This document shows, piece after piece, positions 19,765-28,411 of a DNA stretch of 64,000 bases (the stretch's first letter is position 1; each line of letters begins with the position of its first letter). This DNA comes from Parcubacteria group bacterium Gr01-1014_20 (GTDB lineage: Bacteria; Patescibacteriota; Minisyncoccia; UBA6257; 2-01-FULL-56-20), in the NCBI GenBank assembly GCA_007376265.1, contig VMFW01000006.1, forward strand, positions 10,930 through 74,929, in the 5' to 3' direction. The notes beneath the pieces were generated by a model. That model worked only from the letters and a program-made list of their open reading frames with translations, was not told the origin of the DNA and did not search any database. Both the position numbers and the translations under genes were made by a program.

Positions 19765-19797
19765 AAAAAGCCCCGCTCGGTCGATTGAGCGGGGTTT
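19765..19797 (-). terminator. Intrinsic terminator
   Basis: CCCCGCTC...GAGCGGGG stem with an A-tract. Confidence 0.7.
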
Positions 19798-19808
19798 GCT
19801 GCTTGAGG

Positions 19809-20051
19809 TTAGGCGGGGTGTCGATGGCAGATGGTTCTGACCGTTGTGGTCAAAAGGCCTGCCATACCGATTGCGCCAGTCGTGATGCTCGCGATCGTGA
19901 ACAAGAGTGCGCCGATCGCGTAGCCGATCCAACCTGCCTGTTGAAGGGAGGTTGGTGTCGGAACCATCTTGAGCAGGAAGATCATGGCCAGTGCGGTTGC
20001 TCCCAGAAGAGCTGAACATTGCAGACACATGACCCACGATTTTCTTTCCAT
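19809..20051 (-). CDS. Small two-TM membrane protein
   Basis: SD GGGAGG before ATG 20051 (MERKSWVMCL...). Confidence 0.6.
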   Translation of the reverse strand: MERKSWVMCLQCSALLGATALAMIFLLKMVPTPTSLQQAGWIGYAIGALLFTIASITTGAIGMAGLLTTTVRTICHRHPA

Positions 20052-20091
20052 TTCATCCTCCCTTTGTGTTAGGTTTGCTACCAAGCGAACA

Positions 20092-20313
20092 TTACTTCGC
20101 TTTGCTGGCACACCAGACACCGGTGAATAGTGCCGCGAAAAGAGCGATCCAGCCAGCGATGTACAGACCAATGAAGGCCATGGTGGCCTCTGTCGAAGCC
20201 CGATCCCAGGGAGCGGCATCCAGTTTCGATGCGCCCCAGAGAACTGGCGCTGCGAAAGCAACGAGACTGATCAAAAAGCCGATCAGGAAACGAGACTCAA
20301 AGCTTTTCGGCAT
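20092..20313 (-). CDS. Small two-TM membrane protein
   Basis: SD GAGGAG before ATG 20313 (MPKSFESRFLIG...). Confidence 0.6.
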   Translation of the reverse strand: MPKSFESRFLIGFLISLVAFAAPVLWGASKLDAAPWDRASTEATMAFIGLYIAGWIALFAALFTGVWCASKAK

Positions 20314-20356
20314 GGTACGACTCCTCTCTCGATTAGATACGGTTTTTGATTTCTGT

Positions 20357-20530
20357 TTACAGTTTCCACTCGTGAGTGCAATCCGCCACGAAAATCTGTG
20401 AGACATGAACGCCGGCATGGTAACGCGAAATAATGGTTCTCACGATCCAACCATTCGGTACTTTGAGTCGATGCGAGACCACTAGATGATTAGTGGTTTC
20501 ACTTACCGGATCTGAAATTAGCTCCCACAC
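20357..20530 (-). CDS. 57-aa hypothetical protein (MWELISDP...RLKVPNGWIVR...FVADCTHEWKL)
   Basis: Manual translation; GTG after SD GGGAGG; resembles small phage-type proteins with an RxKVPGGWLV motif (recollection, unverified). Confidence 0.6.
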   Translation of the reverse strand: MWELISDPVSETTNHLVVSHRLKVPNGWIVRTIISRYHAGVHVSQIFVADCTHEWKL

Positions 20531-21738
20531 ACGTCCTCCCTCTGTTTGTCTTTGTTTTCGTTGTCTTGCTTGAAGATCTTAGTTTCCTCAAGAAAGACAA
20601 CGAAAACTATGAAATTTTCAAGGTTCTTTCGAGTTTTTATTATACCATTACCTTCGGGGCGGCCAGTTTTGCCATTGAGCCATTCATAGAAGTCAGGGAT
20701 TATAGTTTTTGAATTACGAATTATGGGCGCTTTGGAAACTAGATTTGCCTTGGCAAGGAGTTCAAGTTCCTTTTTTGCCTTGGTGAATTTTTTTGTTTTT
20801 GCTAAAGCGGCGACGTAAAGTCCACCAATAAAAGGCCAGATGCCAGTGTTTAAGTAATGGTAGGCTTCCCGTGCCTCACACTCCTCGAAGTATTTGTGGT
20901 ATTCACTATCCCCTTTTCGGATGGGCGGCCAAATGGCTTTGCAGGGATACGGCCGATTGATTTTACTTTTTTCGATGTAATTTAAAATTGAGTTGGCGAT
21001 TTTTGGCGTAGCGAGACCAGTAAGAATAGCGAGTAAATTGCCAGTCGTATCAAACCAACCTTCTTGTTCTTTGAGTTTTTGATCGGGGCCGTGAGATTTC
21101 CAAACCCAAGGTCGGTAGTAGCCCAATTTTTTGTCATAGAGCGAGAGATATTTTTGAGTTTCGCCGTTTATAATCTTCTTTAACTTTTCCGCCTTCTTTT
21201 TTTGGTTGGTTAAATTCAAAACGGCATAGTAAAGAGCTTCGGTATTTATGACTCGGCCGTATTTGTGGGGAAAAGCGTCTTGCCAGTCCATCGTGGGTTG
21301 CTGGACGAGGAGACTGTCTTCGTTTGGATCTTGGTATTCGAGCCAGGTGAGAGCAGCTTTCAAATGCTTGGCGTGCTTTTTTAAAATTGATTTGTCTTTG
21401 TAAGTTTTGGAGTAGGCGTGCAAGCCAATAATCCACCATAGCGTAGAATCGATGGAGTTGAAGGTGACGTCCGAACGTCGCTCGGTGTTGTAACTCCCGA
21501 CGGCGTTTGGGATTTGGCCGTGTTTGGATTGGTTTTGGGCAAGGAGCTCTAGGCTTCTCCTGAACGGGATCTGAAACTTTTCTTCGATTAAACTGGCGCC
21601 CAGAGATGAAATCATGCTGTCACGCGCCCAGGTAGCTTCGTAGCCGCCAGGAAGACCAGAGGCGTAAAATCCCGTGGGTTTGGCACACGACGCTAAAACT
21701 TCGATAGCTTTTTGGTGGGCTTGATCAATCAGTTTCAT
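20518..21738 (-). CDS. (alpha/alpha)6-barrel glycoside hydrolase (amylo-alpha-1,6-glucosidase/GH100-like), C-terminus apparently replaced
   Basis: WARDS, GQIPN, SIDSTLWW, YHYLNTGIWPFIGG and FYEWLNGKTG motifs; the terminal QxWSA helix motif is missing. Confidence 0.8.
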   Translation of the reverse strand: MKLIDQAHQKAIEVLASCAKPTGFYASGLPGGYEATWARDSMISSLGASLIEEKFQIPFRRSLELLAQNQSKHGQIPNAVGSYNTERRSDVTFNSIDSTLWWIIGLHAYSKTYKDKSILKKHAKHLKAALTWLEYQDPNEDSLLVQQPTMDWQDAFPHKYGRVINTEALYYAVLNLTNQKKKAEKLKKIINGETQKYLSLYDKKLGYYRPWVWKSHGPDQKLKEQEGWFDTTGNLLAILTGLATPKIANSILNYIEKSKINRPYPCKAIWPPIRKGDSEYHKYFEECEAREAYHYLNTGIWPFIGGLYVAALAKTKKFTKAKKELELLAKANLVSKAPIIRNSKTIIPDFYEWLNGKTGRPEGNGIIKTRKNLENFIVFVVFLEETKIFKQDNENKDKQREDVCGS

Positions 21739-21766
21739 GTTTTAAATTATAGCATCGTTTAAAATG

Positions 21767-21797
21767 AAAAACCGTTCCAGTAATTACCGGAACGGTT
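21767..21797 (-). terminator. Intrinsic terminator
   Basis: AACCGTTCC...GGAACGGTT stem with an A-tract. Confidence 0.7.
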
Positions 21798-21812
21798 AAG
21801 AGTTTTTGGAGG

Positions 21813-21965
21813 TTAGTCCCAATAGTGAGAAGCGAAGAAAACCACGATGAATAGCGCCCAGAGTGGACCGGCCGATTCCGTGACGATAACTCCAGCTGTG
21901 ATAGCGACGCACATCGCCGCTACGCAGACACCCCCAACAATGTTTCGAGATCTGTCGGTGGTCAA
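21813..21965 (-). CDS. 50-aa two-TM membrane peptide
   Basis: TTG start after SD AAGGAGGT; hydrophobic hairpin. Confidence 0.55.
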   Translation of the reverse strand: MTTDRSRNIVGGVCVAAMCVAITAGVIVTESAGPLWALFIVVFFASHYWD

Positions 21966-22003
21966 TTTAACCTCCTTTGAGTAGTGATGGTTAGTGTGCC
22001 TCT

Positions 22004-22147
22004 TTAAACTAAGAGAAGGATGGTTACAACCAGGAAAGATCCGGTGGTAGAACCGACAACGAAGCTCGTAACTGTAGACCACGACCCTCCCCGCGCTCGA
22101 ATTTTATGAGCGACCAGGATTATGGCGAGCGGAATAAAAAACTCCAT
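22004..22147 (-). CDS. 47-aa membrane peptide (MEFFIPLAIILV...VTILLLV)
   Basis: Manual translation; G-rich SD; two hydrophobic segments. Confidence 0.45.
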   Translation of the reverse strand: MEFFIPLAIILVAHKIRARGGSWSTVTSFVVGSTTGSFLVVTILLLV

Positions 22148-22185
22148 TTGCCCCCCCTGTTGTTGGTTTGCTAACTCAACTTATA

Positions 22186-24399
22186 TTACCCTTCTCTGGT
22201 TTCGTCAAGCGCCAACCTGGCAAGTAGATACGAAATGGTGGATTCGGCACCTTGGTTTAAATTAATCGCGTATTCACCCACGCCGTCGTAGCAGCCGCCG
22301 GTGGCTTCATCGTAGACCATCTGGTTTAAGTGATTTTTGCCGAGGAACCAGTTGAAAACCCGGTAGGCGTCTTTTAGGTATTGCTTGTCTCCCGTTACCT
22401 TGTAGGCTGCCACTTTAGTCTCTACCATAGTTGAGGTCTCCTCAGGCTGTTGGTCAAAGTAGGCGCGTTTTTTGTTTCTAAAATACCAGCCGTTTTGGCC
22501 GATCGGAGAGTAGTGATCCTTTTCAAAGGTTATTTGTTTTAGGAAGTTTAAAGTTTTTTTGGCGACCAATAAGTATTCTGGATTTTTGGTTAAATCGTAG
22601 GCGTAGAAAAGAGATTCGGCGAGTTTGCTGTTGGAATAAGTGAGTTGATCTTCGAACCAGTGCCAGTCTTCGGAGGCGAACTCTTTATATTGAGCAACCT
22701 GGGCATCGGCCAATTTTTTGAAGACTTTCTGAAGTTTTACCGACGGTTCCTTTTTTAGGTAGTGGTAGAGACCGGTCATGGTAAAAGCGATGGCACGGGG
22801 ACTTTTAAGTTTGAGGAAATGATTGAAGGTCTTGGCGAAGAGTTTTTTGGCCTGGTTTTTTAGGTTTTCGGGAATGTGGGTGCTTGAAGCGGTGTAACCC
22901 AGGGCCCAGATGGCTCGGCCCTGAACGTCCTCGTCGGTAGTGCCGTCTTTGATTTTCTGGCTGCTCACGATGTTGGCAAAGGTACCAGTCGGTCTTTGGG
23001 TGAACTTTATAAAATTGAGGTAGGTTTGAATAAGCTTTCCGAGGTTTGGGTCGGAGTCGTTTTTGTATTGTTTGGCTGAGACCAGGAGGGCTCTCGCGTT
23101 ATCGTCTAAGCTGTAGCCGTAGCGGGTTTCGGGTTTTGAATACTTGGCAAAGTGGAGAATGCCAAAGTCGTCGGTTAGGCGGTGGAGGTGGTCGAGTTTT
23201 AGTTCTGGGAGCTTATCATCCTCGGCTTCGAGGTCACTTAGTTTTTCGTAAAGCTTGAAATAGGCGGTGGCGACGTTTGGCCAAGTCATAGGGCGAGTGT
23301 GCTCATAGGCTTCGCGGCCCAAGGCTTTGGTTTTCTTTTCGTCGGAGAGCAGTTCGAAAAGATTTCGGGCGATGGCGCCAGGATTACGAGACGGGACTAG
23401 GCGCCCGCAGTTTGGGGGCACCAAAAATTTAGCGTAAGAGGTTTGGGTCGAGATGACAGGCCGGCCACAACCGAGGGCATAAGAGAGCGTGCCACTTACG
23501 GATTGACTTTCGTCGATGGTGGGAGAGATGTAGATGTCGGTGGCCCGCAAAAAGTTTAGGAGTTCTTCGAGGTTGAGGTATTTGTTGTAAAACTTGACGT
23601 TGTTTTCGAGTCCGAGTTTTTGAGTTTCCTGAATCAAGAAATTTCTATAGGACTCGCCCTTGTCGCGAACGATATTAGGATGAGTGGCGCCGATGACGAG
23701 GTAAACTACGTTTGGATATTTTTTAATAACTTCCGGTAGGGATCGGATGGCGTGCTGAACGCCTTTGTTTGGACTTAAAAATCCGAAAGTTGATAAAACG
23801 GTTTTTCCTTGAAGTCCTAGTTCGGATTTATATTTATCGCTGGGTTCGAGAGCAACCTGGGGAATGCCATGCGGGATGATTGAAATTATTTCTGACCTGA
23901 TCTGGTAGTCTAGGATCAGAATTTCTTTTGAGAGACTATTCATAACTACGAGTGCCGAAGCGCGGCTAGCAATCGTGGCGACGACATTTTTCAGTTCGTC
24001 GTCGGGATTTTCTAGGACCGAATGGAAAGTGATGACAGAAGGTTTTTCAAGAACCTGTAAAAACGGGATGATGTAGTCGCCCCAGTTGCCACCGAAGAGG
24101 CCAAATTCATGCTGAATATTTACCACCTTCACGTTTGGGTTGGCATTCAACTCTTTGGCCAGATTGACGTAAAAGCTAATCTCGTTCGCGTTAATTTCCC
24201 CAGCGACTTTTCTGGTGTTGTAGTTATAGATGCTCGTGGGATTGTCATTCAGGGCAACGATACGCGATTTAACAGAAGGGTTGAATTTTTGATCCAGGGC
24301 GTTTGTGATGTCTTCGGTGAAGGTGGCAATGCCACACTCGCGAGGCGGGAAGGAGCTTAGGTGAACCACGTACTTTGTGTTTTTTTCGTTCAGGTTCAT
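22186..24399 (-). CDS. GT4 glycosyltransferase fused to a six-hairpin glycosidase-like domain
   Basis: PPRECGIATFT, QHEFGLFGG and SGTLSYA; C-terminal GYSLDDNARAL, WFEDQLTY, FDQQP and NLNQGAEST. Confidence 0.9.
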   Translation of the reverse strand: MNLNEKNTKYVVHLSSFPPRECGIATFTEDITNALDQKFNPSVKSRIVALNDNPTSIYNYNTRKVAGEINANEISFYVNLAKELNANPNVKVVNIQHEFGLFGGNWGDYIIPFLQVLEKPSVITFHSVLENPDDELKNVVATIASRASALVVMNSLSKEILILDYQIRSEIISIIPHGIPQVALEPSDKYKSELGLQGKTVLSTFGFLSPNKGVQHAIRSLPEVIKKYPNVVYLVIGATHPNIVRDKGESYRNFLIQETQKLGLENNVKFYNKYLNLEELLNFLRATDIYISPTIDESQSVSGTLSYALGCGRPVISTQTSYAKFLVPPNCGRLVPSRNPGAIARNLFELLSDEKKTKALGREAYEHTRPMTWPNVATAYFKLYEKLSDLEAEDDKLPELKLDHLHRLTDDFGILHFAKYSKPETRYGYSLDDNARALLVSAKQYKNDSDPNLGKLIQTYLNFIKFTQRPTGTFANIVSSQKIKDGTTDEDVQGRAIWALGYTASSTHIPENLKNQAKKLFAKTFNHFLKLKSPRAIAFTMTGLYHYLKKEPSVKLQKVFKKLADAQVAQYKEFASEDWHWFEDQLTYSNSKLAESLFYAYDLTKNPEYLLVAKKTLNFLKQITFEKDHYSPIGQNGWYFRNKKRAYFDQQPEETSTMVETKVAAYKVTGDKQYLKDAYRVFNWFLGKNHLNQMVYDEATGGCYDGVGEYAINLNQGAESTISYLLARLALDETREG

Positions 24400-25464
24400 T
24401 TAATTCATGTGAATCCTAGCTTTTTTGAGGATTTCCTTAATAAGACCGTTCAGGTTTACCTTAGCAACGGCGATATGCTTGTCGGCGGCCCCGTAGTAGA
24501 TATAGAGATCTTTCCCGAATATAGCGGTGCCAGTTGGGAAGACCACATTTGCGACAAGGCCTTTCTTTTCATACTTTTCCTCTGGTGAAAAAAGCGGATA
24601 GTGCAGGCGAGCGACATATTTAGCTGGATCGCTTTTTTTAACCAGGGCGGCCGCGGCGTGGTAGGTTCGATTTTTGTTTATCTCCTCTACCGCGTGGTAG
24701 ATGAGGAGCCAATATTTTTTTGTTTCAACAGGAGGTGCTCCCCCACCAATGTTTCGCGATTCGAACCAATATTTGTTTTCCATAACAACGTGTTTGGAAA
24801 GGTGCTTGAGGTATTTTACCCAGAAACGATTATTTCCAATCTGCTTAAAGCTTTTGAAGTTTACAATTTGAACATCTGGCAGGATGCGATGTAGCATCGC
24901 GAACTGTCCTTTAATTTTTTTCGGAAACAAGATGACATCTTTTTCCCAGAGGTAGACGTCTTTACCGGCGTATTCCTCGTAGAACGATTCGAACATAAAA
25001 TAGCGATCCTTAAGCTTTTCTTTTCTAAAAAGCCTCCCGACATAATCGTAGGTGAGCCTTGGGGTGATGACGCCCTTTTTGTCGAACTTTTTTAAATCAC
25101 GACTCACGGCGTAGGCGGTAACGGCATTTTTACCGTCATGAGCGACATACGTTAGATAAAAAAGGCCGCCAATTTTAACGATTCGAGGATCTTCACAACC
25201 TTTGCGTTCATAGGGGTATTCCCTCCTGATAATTGGCTTTTCCCATCTTTCTATGACTTTGGTTGGCCCTTTGAGTTTAGCGTAACCAATTGAGGAGTTA
25301 TTTCTTTTGTCGACAGCTCGATAAAAAATATGAACGTAATCTTTGTCTTGAAAAACGCCCGGATTTAAAACCGCGCGATTTTCAAATCTATTTTTGGTTG
25401 GAGCAAGGATGACCCCTAGTTTTTTTACCTTGATTTCAGAATTTTTGAGACTTGTCTTTTTCAC
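24400..25464 (-). CDS. GH130 family glycosidase/phosphorylase
   Basis: AVLNPG, YRAV, GCEDPRI, IGGGAPP, NVVFPTG and YYGAAD motifs. Confidence 0.9.
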   Translation of the reverse strand: MKKTSLKNSEIKVKKLGVILAPTKNRFENRAVLNPGVFQDKDYVHIFYRAVDKRNNSSIGYAKLKGPTKVIERWEKPIIRREYPYERKGCEDPRIVKIGGLFYLTYVAHDGKNAVTAYAVSRDLKKFDKKGVITPRLTYDYVGRLFRKEKLKDRYFMFESFYEEYAGKDVYLWEKDVILFPKKIKGQFAMLHRILPDVQIVNFKSFKQIGNNRFWVKYLKHLSKHVVMENKYWFESRNIGGGAPPVETKKYWLLIYHAVEEINKNRTYHAAAALVKKSDPAKYVARLHYPLFSPEEKYEKKGLVANVVFPTGTAIFGKDLYIYYGAADKHIAVAKVNLNGLIKEILKKARIHMN

Positions 25465-25593
25465 GAGTGTGAAACAAAAACCGAAACGGTGCCTCCGTCT
25501 CTATGTGCGAGAATTATATCATATCTTGAGCCGTATTTTCACAGTTGACCGATTTTTTGGAGGGAGGTAGATTTAGATGAGAACCTGGGAGGT

Positions 25594-25806
25594 GTGATGA
25601 GAGATGCTTTGGGAGTTTTGGCGATTACGATTACGGCTGGCGCGACTATCTTGGGGGTGCGTTTGACGATTTCAAATCCAAAATTGGCTTTCGGTGTTTG
25701 CGCGATCGGAACGCTTGCGTCTCTATTGATTGGCTTTCGATACCCATTCTCAAAACGATTCGTTGATGGACGTGACAAAGAGTCGGTGGATGCTGGGAGC
25801 GAATAA
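25594..25806 (+). CDS. Small two-TM membrane protein
   Basis: SD GGAGGTG; two hydrophobic segments; terminator hairpin ACAGCCTC-ttt-GGGGCTGT-TTTT at 25815-25837. Confidence 0.6.
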   Translation: MMRDALGVLAITITAGATILGVRLTISNPKLAFGVCAIGTLASLLIGFRYPFSKRFVDGRDKESVDAGSE

Positions 25807-25908
25807 ATTTATATACAGCCTCTTTGGGGCTGTTTTTATTGAATTTTTTTGGGTGGAATGGTATTATTTTTCACTAGTTAGAGTGGATTTATAGTTCCGA
25901 TGCTCTGT

Positions 25909-26136
25909 GCGCCCATAGCTCAGTCCGGTAGAGCAGCTCCCTTTACCAAGGTTGAGTTTGGCGATTGGTTCTCTCGACAAAAATAAATGCCTCCTTAGCT
26001 CAGTTGGTAGAGCAGCTCCCTTTTAAGGAGATGGTCGCAGGTTCGATTCCTGCAGGAGGCACACAAAAGGCATTACTTTTGTCTCGTTGCCAATCGTAAG
26101 GAGATGGTCCTAGGTGTTCAAATCCTAGTGGGCGCA
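25909..26136 (+). tRNA. Interrupted tRNA gene (most likely Lys-UUU), exons 25909-25944 and 26097-26136, 152-nt insertion in the anticodon loop; possibly a pseudogene
   Basis: GCGCCCA/TGGGCGC acceptor, GCTC-AGTCCGGTA-GAGC D arm, GCTCC-CTTT|TAA-GGAGA anticodon arm, CTAGG-TGTTCAAAT-CCTAG T arm (2 extra nt). Confidence 0.75.
25989..26061 (+). tRNA. tRNA-Lys(TTT), intact, nested inside the interrupted tRNA
   Basis: Canonical 73-nt cloverleaf: GCCTCCT/AGGAGGC, GCTC/GAGC, GCTCC-CTTTTAA-GGAGA, GCAGG-TTCGATT-CCTGC; CCA not encoded. Confidence 0.95.
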
Positions 26137-26140
26137 CAGA

Positions 26141-26219
26141 GTACCGAGAGCTCAAAGTAGCTTCCTTTTTCCACCAGAGGTGGATCCGTCTCGGGCGGAC
26201 AAATCCTAGTGAGGGTACA
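26141..26219 (+). pseudogene. Decayed tRNA-like remnant interrupted by a double-hairpin repeat
   Basis: GTACC/GGTAC acceptor-like pairing, AGCTCA D-arm start, CTTCCTTTTT anticodon-like stretch; CAAATCCTAGTG identical to the outer tRNA 3' end. Confidence 0.45.
26170..26199. repeat. Double 15-nt hairpin repeat (REP-like)
   Basis: TCCACCagaGGTGGA + TCCGTCtcgGGCGGA; same architecture as 35675-35704. Confidence 0.75.
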
Positions 26220-26237
26220 ATAAGCAATAAGATCCAG

Positions 26238-27341
26238 CTATCCTTGCTCAAGGCCTTCGAGGAGTTTTTTTATTTCAGGATTAATCTTCTTGGGAGCCTT
26301 AATGACAAAACTCACTAGTAGGTCGCCTCGACCAAAATTGCCGATGCGGGGCATGCCTTCGCCTTTAATTTTAAGATCCTCTTTTAGGTTAAAGTGGGGG
26401 GGGATTTCGAGGTTGAGTTTGCCACCGGCAATGGTGGAAACTTCGATTTTTTTCCCAATTAACAAATCTAAGATATTTAATTCTTTTCTAATAACTAGGT
26501 CTTCGCCACGACGAAAGAAGGTGTCGTGAGGTTTAATTCTGATTCGGAAATAGAGATCCCCTACTCCAGCGCCACGTTCCCCGGCTTCACCCGAACCAGT
26601 GATTTTTATAAGCTGGTCGTTTTCGATGCCGGGTAAAATTTCTACGGTGACCTGTCTTTCGCCTTCCACTCGTCCGTTTCCCCGACAAACTCTACAAATT
26701 TTATTTGGAATTTGACCGGTGCCACGACACGGAACACAGTTTTTTACTTGATAGAAACTGCCAAAAAAGGTTCGGCTTTGCTCTTTGATTTCACCCTGAC
26801 CGGCGCAAACCGAACAGGTTGTATATCCAGCCTTTTCATCGCCGCCCTTGCCTTTGCATTCTTCACAACGAGTTAGCGTTTTTATTTTCACATGCTTGAT
26901 TGCTCCCCGGAAGGCTTCTTCGAGCGTTATTTCGATACCGACTTCGATGTCTGCGCCCCGGTGATACGTCTTTCTTCTCGGCTTAACACCCAACCCCTCA
27001 AAAAAATTGTCAAAAATTTCACTAAAATCACCGGCGTCCCCGTAGAATTGACCGTCCCAATTTACCCCCGGACCATTACCCGGAAAACCTCCCCAGCTTC
27101 CCCCAGGATTGCCACCGAAACCCTGGCCGTAGGAGTCAGCGGCACCAAACCGGTCGTAATTGGAACGTTTGTTCTTGTCCGATAAGATTTGGTAGGCCTC
27201 GTTGATTTCCTTAAACTTCTTTTCGTCACCGCCTTTTTTATCAGGATGATGTTCGTGAGCGAGTTTGCGGTAGGCTTTCTTAATTTCTTCTTCTGAGGCG
27301 CTTTTACTTACCCCTAAAGTTTTGTAGTAATCCTTTGGCAT
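26238..27341 (-). CDS. dnaJ: Chaperone DnaJ
   Basis: [12 protein letters not shown]-domain with HPD, G/F region and four CxxCxGxG repeats; start re-assigned to 27341. Confidence 0.97.
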   Translation of the reverse strand: MPKDYYKTLGVSKSASEEEIKKAYRKLAHEHHPDKKGGDEKKFKEINEAYQILSDKNKRSNYDRFGAADSYGQGFGGNPGGSWGGFPGNGPGVNWDGQFYGDAGDFSEIFDNFFEGLGVKPRRKTYHRGADIEVGIEITLEEAFRGAIKHVKIKTLTRCEECKGKGGDEKAGYTTCSVCAGQGEIKEQSRTFFGSFYQVKNCVPCRGTGQIPNKICRVCRGNGRVEGERQVTVEILPGIENDQLIKITGSGEAGERGAGVGDLYFRIRIKPHDTFFRRGEDLVIRKELNILDLLIGKKIEVSTIAGGKLNLEIPPHFNLKEDLKIKGEGMPRIGNFGRGDLLVSFVIKAPKKINPEIKKLLEGLEQG

Positions 27342-27349
27342 ATTTTTGG

Positions 27350-28363
27350 TTATAGTTTGACAGTTTCTTTCATGCGATTTTCTCCGGCCATATGTAAGAA
27401 GTTGATGCCAAGGAGCAGTTGCATCACGGTGAAAGCCAAGAAAGACGCAACAAAGGAAACCAGGATGCCAACGCCCTTGGCGATGAGGAAGAAAATTAAG
27501 AGCCATCCGGCCAAAAACCAATTACCCATGCTGTTTTTCCATTTCTCGAGAGTGGCTATCATGAGTTTATAAAAAATTTCGTTGGTTGGGTTTTCACCAC
27601 TTATCGCAGTCTGAAAGCGATTGCCCAGTTCCTTGATGAATTGACGGGCTTCGTTTTCAATGGAGCTTTCCTTGTCCTTGGGAGTGAGAGCTTTAAATTC
27701 CTCGAGGTTCTCCAGCTTGAAAACGGCAATATCTCTGGCCAGTTTTTCGATGGTTGAGTTAACATCAACTTCTGGATAGAGACGCTTAGTTATGCCGGAG
27801 CTCCAGGCGTAAACCGTCTGAAAGCCTTCGGGGGTGACGAATATATTTTGAATGTTGATATTGTCCACGTTTACTTTTGGGAGGTATAGGATAACGAACA
27901 TGATGGCGAGTGCCGTAGCCATACTACTGATTTTTAAGCGCGAAGTTTTGTAAAATTTGATCTCTAAGCTGTTTGAGAGAAATTGACGACTGGTAATTTC
28001 GCCGATGGTTGATAAGAGAAGCATGAGTCCGCCAGTGACGAAAAGGACTCCATCGGCTCGATCATAGAAAAAAGAGAGGAGCGCGATTACTTCTAAAACC
28101 ATGATCAGGGACCGACGTTGAAGGCTTGAGACAGCAAAAACTTCGACGGTGGTTAAAATTAAGAAAAGTAAAAGGCTAGCCGCGAGGATTCCGAAGCGGA
28201 CGTTTCCAAGCAGGTAGGTTTTGTAGGAAAAACTTAAGAGAAGGGCCGAGGCGACCGTCAGAATATCCAGGACCAGTCCTTTATAAAAGCCGGGTGGACG
28301 AACAGGTGACGTGTCTAGCGGCACCTGTTTCATGAAGTTTTGTTGCTGAAATTGACCGTTCAT
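27350..28363 (-). CDS. Multi-TM hypothetical membrane protein between dnaK and dnaJ
   Basis: Long ORF with about 6 hydrophobic segments, co-oriented in the heat-shock operon. Confidence 0.75.
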   Translation of the reverse strand: MNGQFQQQNFMKQVPLDTSPVRPPGFYKGLVLDILTVASALLLSFSYKTYLLGNVRFGILAASLLLFLILTTVEVFAVSSLQRRSLIMVLEVIALLSFFYDRADGVLFVTGGLMLLLSTIGEITSRQFLSNSLEIKFYKTSRLKISSMATALAIMFVILYLPKVNVDNINIQNIFVTPEGFQTVYAWSSGITKRLYPEVDVNSTIEKLARDIAVFKLENLEEFKALTPKDKESSIENEARQFIKELGNRFQTAISGENPTNEIFYKLMIATLEKWKNSMGNWFLAGWLLIFFLIAKGVGILVSFVASFLAFTVMQLLLGINFLHMAGENRMKETVKL

Positions 28364-28411
28364 AAGGCTCAAAAAATGAGAAGGGCCTCTTGACTCTACG
28401 ACTGGGCGCTA

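Noticed and set aside
25945-26096. Complete self-splicing group I intron
   Set aside because: Boundaries fit, but only about 79 nt remain outside the nested tRNA and no P3-P7 core is recognisable.
26000-26251. 83-aa minus-strand ORF
   Set aside because: Antisense reading of the tRNA genes.
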